From Octopus vulgaris (lineage: Eukaryota): a stretch of 64,000 bases of DNA. The stretch's first letter is position 1; every line of letters begins with the position of its first letter. Positions 44,364 through 58,333 of the stretch are shown here, in pieces. Location of the stretch: contig OX597840.1 of NCBI GenBank assembly GCA_951406725.2, forward strand, positions 39,680,001 to 39,744,000, read 5' to 3'. A program made the position numbers and the translations under genes. The notes beneath the pieces are model-generated. The model had not been told where the DNA came from. It worked only from the letters and a program-made list of their open reading frames with translations, and searched no databases.

Positions 44364-44630
44364 AGGTGCAAGAATGACTGTGTGATTGAGAAGTTTGCTT
44401 CCCGACCACATGGTCCCACGTTCAGTCCCTCTCAATGGTACCTTGGGCAAATATTTGCTACTATAATCCTTGTTTCTTACTGTGTTCCTTTCTGTGGAAG
44501 AGCGTAGGCTTGAAACGTTAAATACTTTTTCACGTTAAATACTTTCCCGAGCGTTATACTAATAACAGTGTTTGTTGTCTACACCACTTGTCTTCGTCTT
44601 TTGTTTTCTTTGTGAATTCTCCTTATATAC
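44364..44630 (+). mobile_element. Old family A head (44364-44468) followed by a Penelope-type fragment with a non-canonical hammerhead-like motif (44488-44524)
   Basis: cttt-CTGTGGA-a gagc gtag gctt-GAAA-cg-TT-aaat; homologous to 28612-28775. Confidence 0.55.
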
Positions 44631-45171
44631 ATCTTGTAATACACAGACACACACGGATACACAAGGCCAGATTTACACACACATACACACACACAGACGT
44701 GCACATGGTTACAATTCAACTACTCCAGCATTGCCCAATATTCTAGGATGAACATTTTCTCTTACATAATAACAATTTCATAAATGAATGCAAGAGATTG
44801 TCTGAAACTTTTCCCTACCAAATTAAAAAAAAAAGAATCTTATTATTAAAAACTGTATTGCGCTTCCTGTACAGTGAACTCTACGATCCGCTATAGCCGT
44901 TAGCACACACAACAGAATAATACCTTTTAACAGAAGCTGGCCTTATCATTGGCCATAACCAAAGAAATGAGAAAATTTCTGCTTAATATTATATGTTTGC
45001 CTTTATTATTTCCTCTCTTACCGAATATTACTTTGTTATTAACATTTTTATGTTTCTTGGTATAATTATTAATATATATATTTTTCATTATTCTATCATC
45101 ATTATTATGATATCATAATTGTTATTAGCTTTATCAGTATTGTTGTTGTTGCCAATACGTTCATTGTTGCT

Positions 45172-45631
45172 TTCTTTTCTTTTTCTTTTCTTTTGCTTGT
45201 TTCAGTCATTTGACTGCGGCCATGCTGGAGCACCGCCTTTAGTCGAGCAAATCGACCCCGGGAATTATTCTTTGTAAGCCCAGTACTTATTATATCGGTC
45301 TCTTTTGCCGAACCGCTAAGTAACGGGGACGTAAACACACCAGCATCGGTTGTCAAGCAATGTTAGGGGGACAAACACAGACACACAAACACATACACAC
45401 ACACACATATATATATATATATTTATATATTTATATATTTATATATATATATATATTTATATACATATATACGACATGCTTCTTTCAGTTTCCGTCTACC
45501 AAATCCACTCACAAGGCATTGGCTGGCCCGGGGCTATAGCAGAAGACACTTGTCCAAGATGCCACGCAGTGGGACTGAACCTGGAACCATGTGGTTAGTT
45601 AGCAAGCTACTTACCACACAGCTACTCCTGC
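45172..45631 (-). mobile_element. SINE family A, essentially full length
   Basis: Reverse-complement match with an expanded internal TA tract. Confidence 0.96.
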
Positions 45632-45632
45632 T

Positions 45633-46495
45633 GTTGACAATATAGGGAGAGTAATCCACTGGCGGTTACGTAGAAAGCTAGTATTTGATCATATTAGTAA
45701 ATAGTATGAACATGAATCCAGGAAAATATTAGAAACTAAGAAACACAAAATCTTGTGGGGTTCAACATTTAAACTGAATAGAATAGTATTAGTAACTAGA
45801 AGGCGTAATTTAGTAGCATAAGATAACGAAAATAGAAAGTGCCAGACTTTCACAGTCGCAAATGATGAAAAATTCAATATCAGAAATATAGAGAAAATAG
45901 CGGGTACCAGGACTCAGCCATTGAATTACAGAGTGTATGAAAAGTGTGGGTAACATGAATCCCTGTAGTTCTAGGTGTATTGAGAATTATCCCTAAAGAT
46001 CGCAACAGACGGACAGAGGAAATAGACATGAAACCGAGTTTAGTATAACCCCCAAACAGTGTTATTAGAGGCATCTATGACACCTAGGATTTTTTTTGTG
46101 GAGGCACATGGCTGAGTGGGTAGAGCAGCGGACTCGCGTTCGAGGGATCGCGGGTCCGAATATCAGACTGGGCGATGTGTGTGTTTATGAGCGAAACACC
46201 TAATCTCCCCGCGGCTCCGGCAGAAGGTAATGGCGAACTTCTGCTGACTCTTTCGCCACAACTTTCTCTCACTCTTTCCTCCTGCATCTTGTAGCTCACC
46301 TGCAACGGACCGGCGTCCCGTCCAGGTGGGGAATCTATACGCCAGGGAAACCTGGAAACCGGCCCTTGTGAGCCAGGCATGGCTCGAGAATGAAACAATT
46401 AGGAAAATTTTTGGCATGGAAGGTTACTTGCTGTAGCCGATGTGAGGATATTTTCTTTATCAACAGTCTAATCTGTTGTGTGTATATCAAAATAG
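45633..46495 (+). pseudogene. Old R4/Dong-clade LINE 3' fragment (restriction-like endonuclease region), interrupted by a family B SINE
   Basis: DNIGRVIHWRLRRKL..K*YEHESRKILETKKHKILW..EKI../YQDSAIELQSV*KV..IPVVLGVL..PK. Confidence 0.82.
46098..46399 (+). mobile_element. SINE family B, full length, tail type 3
   Basis: tRNA-like head 'ggaggcacatggctgagtgggtagagc', family B core, tail 'ggaccggcgtcccgtccagg..gaaaccggcccttgtgagcc..ggctcgag'; degenerate TSD taggatttttttt / taggaaaattttt. Confidence 0.88.
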
Positions 46496-46519
46496 TCCTT
46501 GGGGCACCTTGCATCAGGT

Positions 46520-47041
46520 ATGTACTTGACAGAGCATAAAAATTGGCACGACCATAAACCCGAAGACATCATCGAAAATGATAATGCAAAGATCCTGAGG
46601 GATTTTATGATTCAGTGCGACCATGAGATAGAGAATAGGAAGTCAGAGATAGTGTTAATTGAGGAAGAAAGCAAACTATTCTGGATAATAGATATATCAT
46701 GCCCAGCTGACAACAAGGTATGCGATAAGGAAGATAGAAAAGCCGAGAGATATGACAGGTTAGCTTGGGAGGTTAAGCAGTTGTGATCGATGAAAAAGGT
46801 GGTAGTAGTACCAATAATTGTCAGAGCCCTGGGAACAGTGAACAGAAATCTCAAGAAATAGGTGGAACAAATAGGGGCTGCAATAAGGGTGGAGCACTTG
46901 CAGAAAACAGCACTGCTTGGAACCGGTCGAATACTTCGGGAGGTGCTCGAAAAATAAGAGGTGTAAACGTTAGTTCACTGGTAGTGAACAGCTGACACTG
47001 TAGGACACCCCCAGCGTTAGAAATTGTGCAAAGGCAATAAT

Positions 47042-47070
<29 letters not shown>
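46520..47070 (+). pseudogene. R4/Dong-clade LINE 3' end with 3' UTR and (TAA)n
   Basis: KNWHDHKPEDIIENDNAKILRDFMIQCDHEIENRKSEIVLI..IIDISCPADNKVCDKEDRKAERYDRLAWEVKQL*SMKKVVVVPIIVRALGTV..LQKTALLGTGRILREVLEK* (stop at 46955-46957). Confidence 0.93.
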
Positions 47071-47072
<2 letters not shown>

Positions 47073-47297
47073 TCAATAATAATAATTGTTATTATTATTA
47101 TCATCATCATCATCATCATCATCATCGTCATCATAATCATTATTATTGAGTGAGAGAGCAGTGCATGCCATCAGAAGGACACTGCGGTAAAATATACGAA
47201 GCATTGTATACCCATCATGACTACCTGTCTGATAAGGGTACACTAAGCACATGCATCAGAACCATATGTGCGTGAGATGGTGATCTCAAATCAAGCT

Positions 47298-47453
47298 TCT
47301 ATTTGTTTCAGTCATTTGAATGTGGCCATGCTGGAGCAGCGCCTTTAGCCGAGCAAATAGACTCCAGGAGTTATTCCTTCGCACACTTTTTCCGAACCGC
47401 TAGGTTACGGGGACAACATTGGTTGTCAAGAGATGGTGGGGGAAAACACAGAC

Positions 47454-47517
<64 letters not shown>

Positions 47518-47524
47518 ATGTATC

Positions 47525-47564
<40 letters not shown>

Positions 47565-47725
47565 ACGGGCTTCTTTCAGTTTCCGTCTACCAAATCCACT
47601 TACCAGGCTTTGGTTGGTTCGAGGCTATAGTAGAAGGCACTTACCCAAGGTGCCACGCAGTGGGACTTAACCCGGAACCATGTGGTTGGTTAGCAAGCTA
47701 CTTACCACACAGCCACTCCTGCGCC
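47298..47725 (-). mobile_element. SINE family A
   Basis: Reverse-complement match; internal microsatellite of about 110 bp. Confidence 0.93.
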
Positions 47726-48650
<925 letters not shown>

Positions 48651-49213
48651 ATGGCTGTGAAGAACAAAGAGAAGAAAAAAACAAGAAGAAGAAGATGATA
48701 AATAAAAGAAGATGAGGAAGAGCAGCAACACAAACAACAACAAGATTTAACAAATAACACAAACAACAAGTCAGAAAACCAAAAACGACAACAGCAACAC
48801 CAACAACAACACCAACAATATCAACATGAGCAAACAAGAACTAGATTGAATTTCAATGCAGGTCTCCATTGCTAACAATACAATGTTGATTGCTAAACGA
48901 GGTTCAAGCTCTAAGATAAGTTTTCAAACGACAAAGAAATACACAAAAAATACATAAAAAAAAATAAATAAATAAACTGAATCTAAAATTATTGGTTTAT
49001 TGATCAGCAATGATTTGTTCTGTTTTTTTTTCGTTTTTTTTTGTTTTTTTCGTTTTTATTATTGGAATGTTCTATTTTTTTGTTTCCCCTGCAACGAATG
49101 GTGTAACTTTATCTTATACTTACTGATATTTACTTGCAAAGGGAAGCTCACTATATTTACACACACGAACACACATACACACACATTTGTCTGTCTGTGT
49201 GTGCGTGTGTATG

Positions 49214-49264
<51 letters not shown>

Positions 49265-49395
49265 AATATATGGCTTGTGCTAGAAATACCAGCGATAATA
49301 ATTTATTTTATCGCAATTTGACTTGTTTATATATATATATATATATATATGAAATATATATATTTATATATACATATATGTATATATATATGTAC

Positions 49396-49431
<36 letters not shown>

Positions 49432-49492
49432 TCTTTTACTCTTTTCTATCATTTGCTTCAGTTATTTTGACCACAGCCATGCTGGAGCACGG

Positions 49493-49530
<38 letters not shown>

Positions 49531-49872
49531 GTTATTGATAAAGTTGCAACGATATCACAAAAACTATGATGTATTTATGAAAAAAACGTATTTGTCTACA
49601 TCTTGTATTCGAGTACTATTTTTCCACCTTGCTTCACATTTACATGCTCATACTGGGGTGTGTATATATTTAAAATTATATACATATGTATATATATATA
49701 TAAAAAATAAAATAAAATATGGTATGAAATCTATATAAGAATTTATTGTCAGCGTGAAAACCATAAGGGGAAAATTCATAATTATTCCCTATGAATACAT
49801 GTGTTATATTAAGGGCATTACTATACGTAAATCCCTCACGCTATGTGGGAGACTTAAAGTGAAAACTACCAC

Positions 49873-49921
<49 letters not shown>

Positions 49922-49923
<2 letters not shown>

Positions 49924-50146
49924 CTCTTTTACTTTTGTACTTGTTTCAATCATTTGACTGCGGCCATGCTGGAGCACCGCCTTTAGTCGAGCAAATCGAC
50001 TCCGGGACTTATTCTTTGTAAACCCAGTACTTTTTCTATAGGTATCTTTTGCTGAACCGCTAAGTGATGGGGACGTAAACACACCAGCATCGGTTGTCAA
50101 GTAATGCTAGGGAAACAAACACAGACACACAAACACATACACACAC

Positions 50147-50196
<50 letters not shown>

Positions 50197-50358
50197 GACA
50201 GGCTTCTTTCAGTTTCCGTCTACCAAATCCACTCACAACGCATTGGTCGGCCCGGGGCTATAGCAGAAGACACTTACCCAAGATGCCACGCAGTAGGACT
50301 GAACCCGGAACCATATGGTTGGTTAGCAAGCTACTTACCACACAGCCACTCCTGCGCC
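49922..50358 (-). mobile_element. SINE family A, full length
   Basis: Complete reverse-complement match. Confidence 0.97.
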
Positions 50359-50382
50359 TTATACATATAAATTAACACACTC

Positions 50383-50654
50383 ACCGTGTTTGCCAACTAA
50401 GCATGCTGTTCTCAATCAGTGCACAGTCATTCTCAGTTATTCCACACATGTCGAGTGTTTCCAAAATCTACGAATGCGACACACCGTCGTAAGCCTTTTC
50501 AAAGTCTATTCACGCCATGCACAAGTTCTTTTGGTACCGTTTGCATTTCTTCATTTCAACCTTGTCTGTCACAAGATAGACTTTGGTGCTCTTGGAACCT
50601 TTTCGGCATCGCTTTTGATCTTCTAGATGTAGATTTTTTACTGCCAGGAATGCT
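50383..50654 (-). pseudogene. R4/Dong-clade reverse transcriptase fragment
   Basis: Minus strand AFLAVKNLHLEDQKRCRKGSKSTKVYLVTDKVEMKKCKRYQKNLCMA*IDFEKAYDGVSHS*ILETLDMCGITEN..IENSMLSWQT (cf. EQKGCR..AWIDYxKAYD). Confidence 0.9.
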
Positions 50655-50676
50655 TATAGATGTATATATATATATA

Positions 50677-51010
50677 CTGCCTGACACCTTGGGCAAGTGT
50701 TTTTACTATGGCCTTGGGACAGCGAAAGCCTTACAAATGGATTTGGTAGACGGAAACTAAAAGAAACCCGTCGTATATATATGTGTGTATTCGTGTGTGT
50801 GTGTGTGTGTGTTTCTTTGTTGCCCACCGCTTGACAACCGGTGTTGTTGTGTTTACGTCCCCGTAACTTAGTGGTTCGGCAAAAGGGGCCGACAGAATAA
50901 TTACCAGGTTTCAAACAAAATAAATCCTCATGTCAATTTGTTCGACCGAAACCCTTCAAGGCGGTGCTCCAGCGTAGCCACAGTCAAATAACGGAAACAA
51001 GTAAAAAAAA
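50677..51010 (+). mobile_element. SINE family A, 5'-truncated, older subfamily
   Basis: Body and tail match. Confidence 0.9.
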
Positions 51011-51649
51011 AAACTAGAAGATAAGTTTAATAGTATAATCTTTCAGAAAACAAATACGCGGGCGGTCACAGCCGTCATTCAGGATCGATCCCCGTCCAAC
51101 ATTATTCACGTCTTTAGCACCTGTCAGGCAACTTAGCGAGTGTAAAAAGAAAGTCTGATGTAACACAGAACTGTGAAGCGAAGAAACATAAAAACGATAT
51201 AATCTAGTGAATATATTAAAAAGCTAAGCTACAGATAAGATTAAGGAATGTCAGGACAACTGATGACATGAAGGTTCCCTCCAGAGAAAATATCCAACAC
51301 TATTAGAAAAAAAGTTGTGTTATAACGGAAAAGCTCTGTAGGGGTTACAAGTAAAGAACTTAAATTTTGACAGAACATTTCTTTCTATCTTTGTTTAGTA
51401 TTTTTTGGTTTGTTAGTGTTTGTATTTTTATATTTTCTTTTTTTTTTTTTTGTAATATGGAACAAGGTGAAAAAAAATCACATCAGAAGTATTGAAATAT
51501 ATAAAATAGACGAATACGGAACAGATCGGCAGAATATATGGATTCTGTAGAAAAACAATCAATCACATTATTTGCTGGCTGCCTAATTTTATCCTAAAGA
51601 GAATGGAGGTACTCACACACATAAAGACATACACATATACATGGGTGTG

Positions 51650-51656
51650 TGCGCGC

Positions 51657-51697
<41 letters not shown>

Positions 51698-51713
51698 AAT
51701 AATACAATACATA

Positions 51714-51746
<33 letters not shown>

Positions 51747-51884
51747 GATAGATACAGGGATATTTTTATATGTGGATATATATATATATATGTAAATATA
51801 TATATATATATATATATAATATATATATACATATACATGGATATATATTTATACATAAATATATATGTATATATATATATATAA

Positions 51885-51942
<58 letters not shown>

Positions 51943-52037
51943 CATGGATATATATTTATACATAAATATATATGTATATATATATATATATATATAAATA
52001 TATATAAATATATATATATATACATACATATATATAA

Positions 52038-52117
<80 letters not shown>

Positions 52118-52946
52118 CATGTATATATACACATGCATATTTGGATGGGAGTTTTGGAACTTAAAGAATTTATTGCAATATGCAGAAATAGATACGGCAA
52201 AAAACATAATCAAACAGAGACATACCCCGATTGGTCAAAAATAATAAGCTGTACCATAATCGGAGTATGGCCAAGTACATTAAGGGAGACCGAAATGATA
52301 TTTGTTATTGGGACTATGAACAAATGCATAACAACTAATGTTTGTGACTATTTATCGTTATTTATAGAGGAATGTCTATCTCGAAAATATGAGGAAACGA
52401 ACTAAATGTATAATCTAAAAATAGAGATAACCAGAATATGTTGGTTGATATCTGAAAAAAATATCTGTTTTATTTTTTCATAAATGCTTACTGCATGATG
52501 CACTATTTTACGGGGCTAGAATAATCGTGTAGGAAACTGTGTTTCCACCAATTACACGTGAAGATGGGGCTATATATGCATACATATGTATGTGTATATA
52601 TATGTGTAGGGGGGGGGCTCATTTTCACGTATTATTCTGTTTACACACACATACATATACATACATATATATATACACACACATACATATACATACATAT
52701 ATATATACACACACATACATATACATACATACACACACACACACATATATATACATATACATATGTAATTATATGATGTGACGTATATATGTGCGTGAGC
52801 GTGTGGATAGATATATGTATGCATGTATATATATATGTGTGTGTGTGTGTGTGTGCGTGTGTGTGCGTGTATGTGTGTGTATGCATATATATATTTCTTT
52901 GTATCTGTCCCTATCTATTGAGCTACAAATATATATATATACACAC

Positions 52947-53003
<57 letters not shown>

Positions 53004-53014
53004 TTATTATTATT

Positions 53015-53062
<48 letters not shown>
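51650..53062. repeat. TA/TG/CA-rich low-complexity blocks with a ~108-bp internal duplication
   Basis: 'atacatatacatggatatatatttatacataaatatatatg' occurs near 51827 and 51935; unique sequence at 52140-52570 in between. Confidence 0.85.
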
Positions 53063-53063
<1 letters not shown>

Positions 53064-53127
53064 TGACAACAAAAGAATGAATGACACCGATATTATGTAA
53101 ATAGAGAAATTTATCTATAATATAATA

Positions 53128-53292
53128 GGCGCAGGAGTGGCTGTGTGGTAAGTAGCTTGATTACCAACCACATGGTTCCGGGTTCAGTCCCACTGCGTGG
53201 CATCTTCAGCAAGTGTCTTCTACTATAGCCTCGGGCCGACCAAAGACTTGTGAGTGGATTTGGTAGACGGAAACTGAAAGAAGCCCGTCGTA

Positions 53293-53340
<48 letters not shown>

Positions 53341-53572
53341 TGTGTGTGTTTGTGTGAGTGCGTTTGTCTCCCAAGCATTGCTTGACAACCGATGCTGGTG
53401 TGTTTATGTCCCCGTTACTTAGCGGTTCGGCAAAAAAGACCGATAGAATAAGTATTGGGCTTACAAAAAGAATAAGTCCCGGGGTCGTGTTGCGCGATTA
53501 AAGGCGGTGCTCCAGCATGGCCGCAGTCAAATGACTGAAACAAGTAAAAGAGTAAAAAGAGTAAAAAGAGTA
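53128..53572 (+). mobile_element. SINE family A, full length
   Basis: Complete match. Confidence 0.97.
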
Positions 53573-54210
53573 TATGACAATTTGTCGGTTGCCATAATAA
53601 AACTCAGAGTTTCGGATGTCGAGGCAGAATTCTCGTCAGTTATTAAGGCAAACAAAAATGCCGTAACCACTGGGCCATTGCGCCTCCACTCTTATTGTGT
53701 TAAAAAGAAGTTTTAAAAACAGCAACAGCAGGCGAAAATAGTCCAGCAGTGACGTTTGCATTTCGAAATCCAGATTTCTGCATTTTTGAGCTGCATCGAT
53801 AGCAATTTCAAATTGCGCTGCACGCTAAGTAGAAGTCGGTTGTTAGCTGATAAAGCAAACAATAATATCCTATGTATATGCTCCCTGGACTTACCAATAA
53901 AGTAACTACATAAATGTTTATTCAAAACATTTTCATAAAATCTGTTTGGCTGCAATTGCAAACATCTACAAAATAAGAAGGAGAATCTATATCGGGAATC
54001 AAGTGGTCTCCAGAATTTACATCAATTGAAAGACAACCTCTATTTTCCCAGTGAATGGAGTATAACAGAGGAATTGTGTATCGGCTTCAATGAACGTCTT
54101 CTGCACAGTAATTCTCCTTCCTTGACTTTAGGTGAAAAATGATTGAGACATATAAATTATAAATATAAATCACTTCTAGGGACACCGTGTTTCGTTATGA
54201 GACCATGATA

Positions 54211-54438
54211 TACTCTCTTTACTCTTTACTCTTTTACTTGTTTCAGTCATTTGACTGCGACCATGCTGGAGCACCGCCTTTAGTCGAGCAAATCGACCCC
54301 GGGACTTATTCTTTGTAAGCCTAGTACTTATTCTATCGGTCTCTTTTGCCGAACCGCTAAGTGACGGGGACGTAAACACACCAGCATCGGTTGTGAAGCA
54401 ATGGTAGGGGGACAAACATAGACACACAAACATACACA

Positions 54439-54483
<45 letters not shown>

Positions 54484-54645
54484 GACGGGCTTCTTTCAGT
54501 TTCCGTCTACCAAATCCACTCACAAGGCTTTGGTCGACTCGTGACTATATTAGAAGACACTTGCCCAAGATGCCACGCAGTGGGACTGAACCCGGAACCA
54601 TGTTGCTGCTAAGCAAGCTACTCACCACACAGCCACTCCTGCGCC
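54211..54645 (-). mobile_element. SINE family A, full length
   Basis: Complete reverse-complement match. Confidence 0.97.
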
Positions 54646-55004
54646 TACTAGAAAGGATATCAAACATGTAATAAGTCAATACTCTGTTCTGCTGTGTTAG
54701 CAGTGTTATTACTTGCTAAGATTATCTCAACAGATTTTCTAAAGAACTTAAAGCAAGCACTGGTTGTGTTACAATAGTATTAAAGAGCAGTTATTACATA
54801 ATTAAAACAAACATGAACAATAAGTAGTGAGTACCATAATTGTGTGTTTCTTAATTTTATTTCAATTAAGATTAATTCTAGGTTCTTAAAATTATTTCCC
54901 TTTCACAATGAGGAACGGCAACAATTGCCACCAGGTCTTTGTTTACGTTCTCTCAATGCGAAGATATTAATAAATTTATTCGACTTTGTTGTCTAAATTT
55001 ACAT

Positions 55005-55300
55005 GATGAACTCTCCCGACGAAGACGATGAGTTAGTGTTCACCTGTTTCGATGAACGACCTGCACAAATGATTTGTTTATAATGATCAAATGTATGTGC
55101 TGCGCATTAGTTCACGCCCTCCTTCAAATCGACGTCACCTGAACAGGTGCACGGTGTGCAATGCGTCAGGTGTGGACGTGATCACAGAGCAACGTGAGGC
55201 GAACTGTTTTGCTGCAGCGTACAACGCACCATCCGGTCTAGGAATTGAAACCGCGATCTCGCATTCGCGAATGCAGTACTCTAACCACTAGCCTACGCGC
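55005..55300 (-). mobile_element. SINE family F, tRNA-derived
   Basis: Minus-strand head 'gcgcgtaggctagtggttagagtactgcattcgcg..gatcgcggtttcaattcctagaccgg' resembles the family B/C heads; body differs. Confidence 0.72.
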
Positions 55301-55334
55301 ATTTTCAACTATATAATCCATTGCCGTTTTCGTT

Positions 55335-55910
55335 GACCCCAGAATTTCACTGGTACTTAATTTATCGACCACCGAAATGATGAAAAGCAAAGTAAAACCT
55401 TGGCGGAATTTGAACTCAGAAAGTGCAGACAGACGAAATACCTATTTCTTTACTACCCATAAGGGGCTAAACACAGAGAGGACAAACAAGGACAGACAAA
55501 TGGATTAAGTCGATTATATCGACCCCAGTGTGCAACTGGTACTTATTTAATCGACCCCGGAAGGATGAAAGGCAAAGTCGACCTCGGCGGAATTTGAACT
55601 CGGAACGTAACTGCAAACGAAATACGGCTACGCATTTCGCCTGCCGTGCTAAATTTTCTGCCAGCTCGCCGCCTTTAAATACCTATTTCTTTACTACCCA
55701 CAAGGGGCTAAACATAGAGGGGACAAACAAGGACAGACAAAGGGATTAAGTCGATTACATCGACCCCAGTGCGAAACCGGTACTTTATTTATTGGCCCCG
55801 AAAGGATGAAAGGCAAAGTCGACCTCGGCGGAATTTGAACTCGGAACGTAACGGTTGACGAAATACTGCTAAGCATTTCGCCCGGCGTGCTAACGTGTCT
55901 GCCAGCTAGC
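55335..55910 (-). mobile_element. Two head-to-tail family D SINEs (55335-55673 with about 1.5 units; 55677-55910 with one unit)
   Basis: Heads 'ggcggcgagctggcagaa..ttagcacg..ggcgaaatgc'; unit junction 'gaaataggtatttcg'. Confidence 0.92.
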
Positions 55911-56657
55911 TCACTCCCTTCATTATTTATATATGTAATGTATATGATTTAGATTAAGTCTTATTTTAGACACGCTAGTGTTATGTGTGAGGGAGAAGAT
56001 TGTTCACAGTATAGCGATACATGATCCCTGTTTGCAAAACGAAATAATCGAATCGTTGTATGCGTCGTTATACATAAAAGATGATTATGTTACTTTAGGC
56101 ATTATAACAATCTTCAGTAAGAATTTGTTGCAATACCTGCAAGTGCTAACGAACTCAAACAATTCCAATCAGACAATAAGACAAAGACAAATTGCCTTTT
56201 AAACTAGAATGGTTGTAAACAATCTCTTGAGATAATTGTTAAGGTTGTATTAACGAAAACCCTACTCATTCATCAGTGTAGGCGAAAAAAGCTGTTTATT
56301 TCTTTACAGATTGAATTATATTGGGAAAGATTGTATTGAGAATGGTTCCTGATTTTGAGGGCATGAATACGCTGAGAACATTTTCTTTTATAGCAATTTT
56401 CGTGAACCCTGATAAGGGATTTTGCAGAAAAGCTGTCTGCAAGAAAAGCGTTTTTCAGAATTCGCCTTTGCTCTCAAGAGGGTTTTGTCAGAATTTACTA
56501 TTAAGTAGATAAACGATCGAGATATTACACTTGGAATTAAAAGAGCTTCTGCAACTATTTACATTTTAAAGGATGCTGTGACGGAATTTAGCGATAGATG
56601 CTGCAATGATGCCACAGGGATTACTAGATTTAACATTGTTTATAACAGAAAGTGCAA

Positions 56658-57044
56658 TAGCTTCCTTACCAACCACATGGTTCCGGGTTCAGTCCCACTG
56701 CGTGGAACCATGGGCGAGTGTTTTCTACCATAGCCTAGAGTCAATCAAAGCCTTGTGAGTGGATCTGGTAGACGGAAACTGAAAGAAGCCCGTCGTATAT
56801 ATGTATATGTATATGTGTGTGTATGTATGTGTGTGTGTGTCTGTGTTTGTCCCCACACCAGCGCTTCCCAACTGATGCTGGTGTGTTTACGTCCACGTAA
56901 CTTAGAGTTTCGGCAAAAAGAGACCGATAGAATAAGTACTAGGCTTACGTAGAATAAGTCCTGGGGTCGATTTGCTCGACTAAAAGCGGTGCTCCAGCAT
57001 GGCCACAGGCAAATGACTGAAACAAATAAAAGAGAGTATAGAGT
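56658..57044 (+). mobile_element. SINE family A, slightly 5'-truncated
   Basis: Match from 'tagcttccttaccaaccacatgg' to the tail. Confidence 0.95.
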
Positions 57045-57132
57045 ATATGCTACGTATGGATGGACTTATTCTATCGGTTTCAAGCGATGCTGGGACACAC
57101 ACACACACAAACATTTACACACACACACACAG

Positions 57133-57186
<54 letters not shown>

Positions 57187-57218
57187 AATATTAGTGAATA
57201 ATTTGGTCTTGTCTCTAA

Positions 57219-57262
<44 letters not shown>

Positions 57263-57392
57263 GACTGTCCACTAATTTAGTTGCAGATTCGCGAAGTAAA
57301 GCATAATAATAGATATCTTGCATACTGGATTTGCAAACTCTTTATCAATGGTCCATAGATATCGCTGCCTCTGTAGATGTCCTGGTTTCTTG

Positions 57393-57444
<52 letters not shown>

Positions 57445-57542
57445 CAAATTAGAGACAAAACCACTATTATGCAAATCAAACAAAGAAAGACTTAAGCCAA
57501 TACATAAAATAATTTATATAAATTAAAATTTAACATATGAAT

Positions 57543-57594
57543 AACCACTACGATCGTTTCGTGTCAGCACATCTTAGACATTCTTCAGGTGGTT
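57543..57594 (-). ncRNA. Minimal type I hammerhead motif, canonical core
   Basis: aaccac-CTGAAGA-a tgtc taagatgtgct gaca c-GAAA-cgatcg-TA-gtggtt: 6-bp stem I, palindromic stem III, GUA triplet; lies in a ~190-bp TA-flanked unit (57440-57625). Confidence 0.8.
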
Positions 57595-58301
57595 TCAAAA
57601 CCTTCTTAGCGAGTTTTAAATTATGTATATATGTATGTATGTATGTATATATTTATATATATATATATATTTATATATATGAGCATATCTGCATTCATGC
57701 GTGTACGTACGCATGGACGTATGCTTTCTCACTTCTTCATCTCTCTAAATCATTGGGCGTTCATTGTCAGGAATCTTTATAACTTTTTCACAAATCGTTT
57801 AAAATATAACGGAGCGCAGTTTCAAATAACTGCACCATCGTATTTTATTTAGAAATATCAAATAACTTCTCACCAGAATGAATTCTAAACTGATGAGAAA
57901 AGAAGATATTGGAATTTTCGTATATTCAAACGCCAACGTTTCATTCATTGATTTATATAAAACTCTCTTTACAAAAACCACGCTTATGAAGGAATTTATA
58001 TATTAGAGGATAATTTTCTACCATGTCGAGAAGCTAATGATGATTGTTAGACATACTAGACAAAGTATATTAGAAGAGAAGCGGGGAAATGTATTGTCGC
58101 TTTTGTTTTTATTTCAAGTACAATGAATTTAGTCTATACTTACTAACTGATTATGTCTAATGTGATAGTAGGAATTATTATTAACCTACATTTAGGATTA
58201 CTTATATAATTATCTTTGTGATATTTATGATACATCGTTTACACAAATCTAATATTCCTGCCCTATCATCTATTTTCTCATTCGAAGTTATTATGTGTGT
58301 A

Positions 58302-58333
<32 letters not shown>

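Noticed and set aside
52133-52405. 90-aa non-repetitive ORF; likewise 31025-31463, 58580-58777 and 14186-14518
   Set aside because: No recognisable motif or splice context; length within chance expectation.
54176-54210. Possible hammerhead 3' half (gaaacacggtgtc cctag, minus strand)
   Set aside because: No matching core or stem I on either side of the adjacent SINE.
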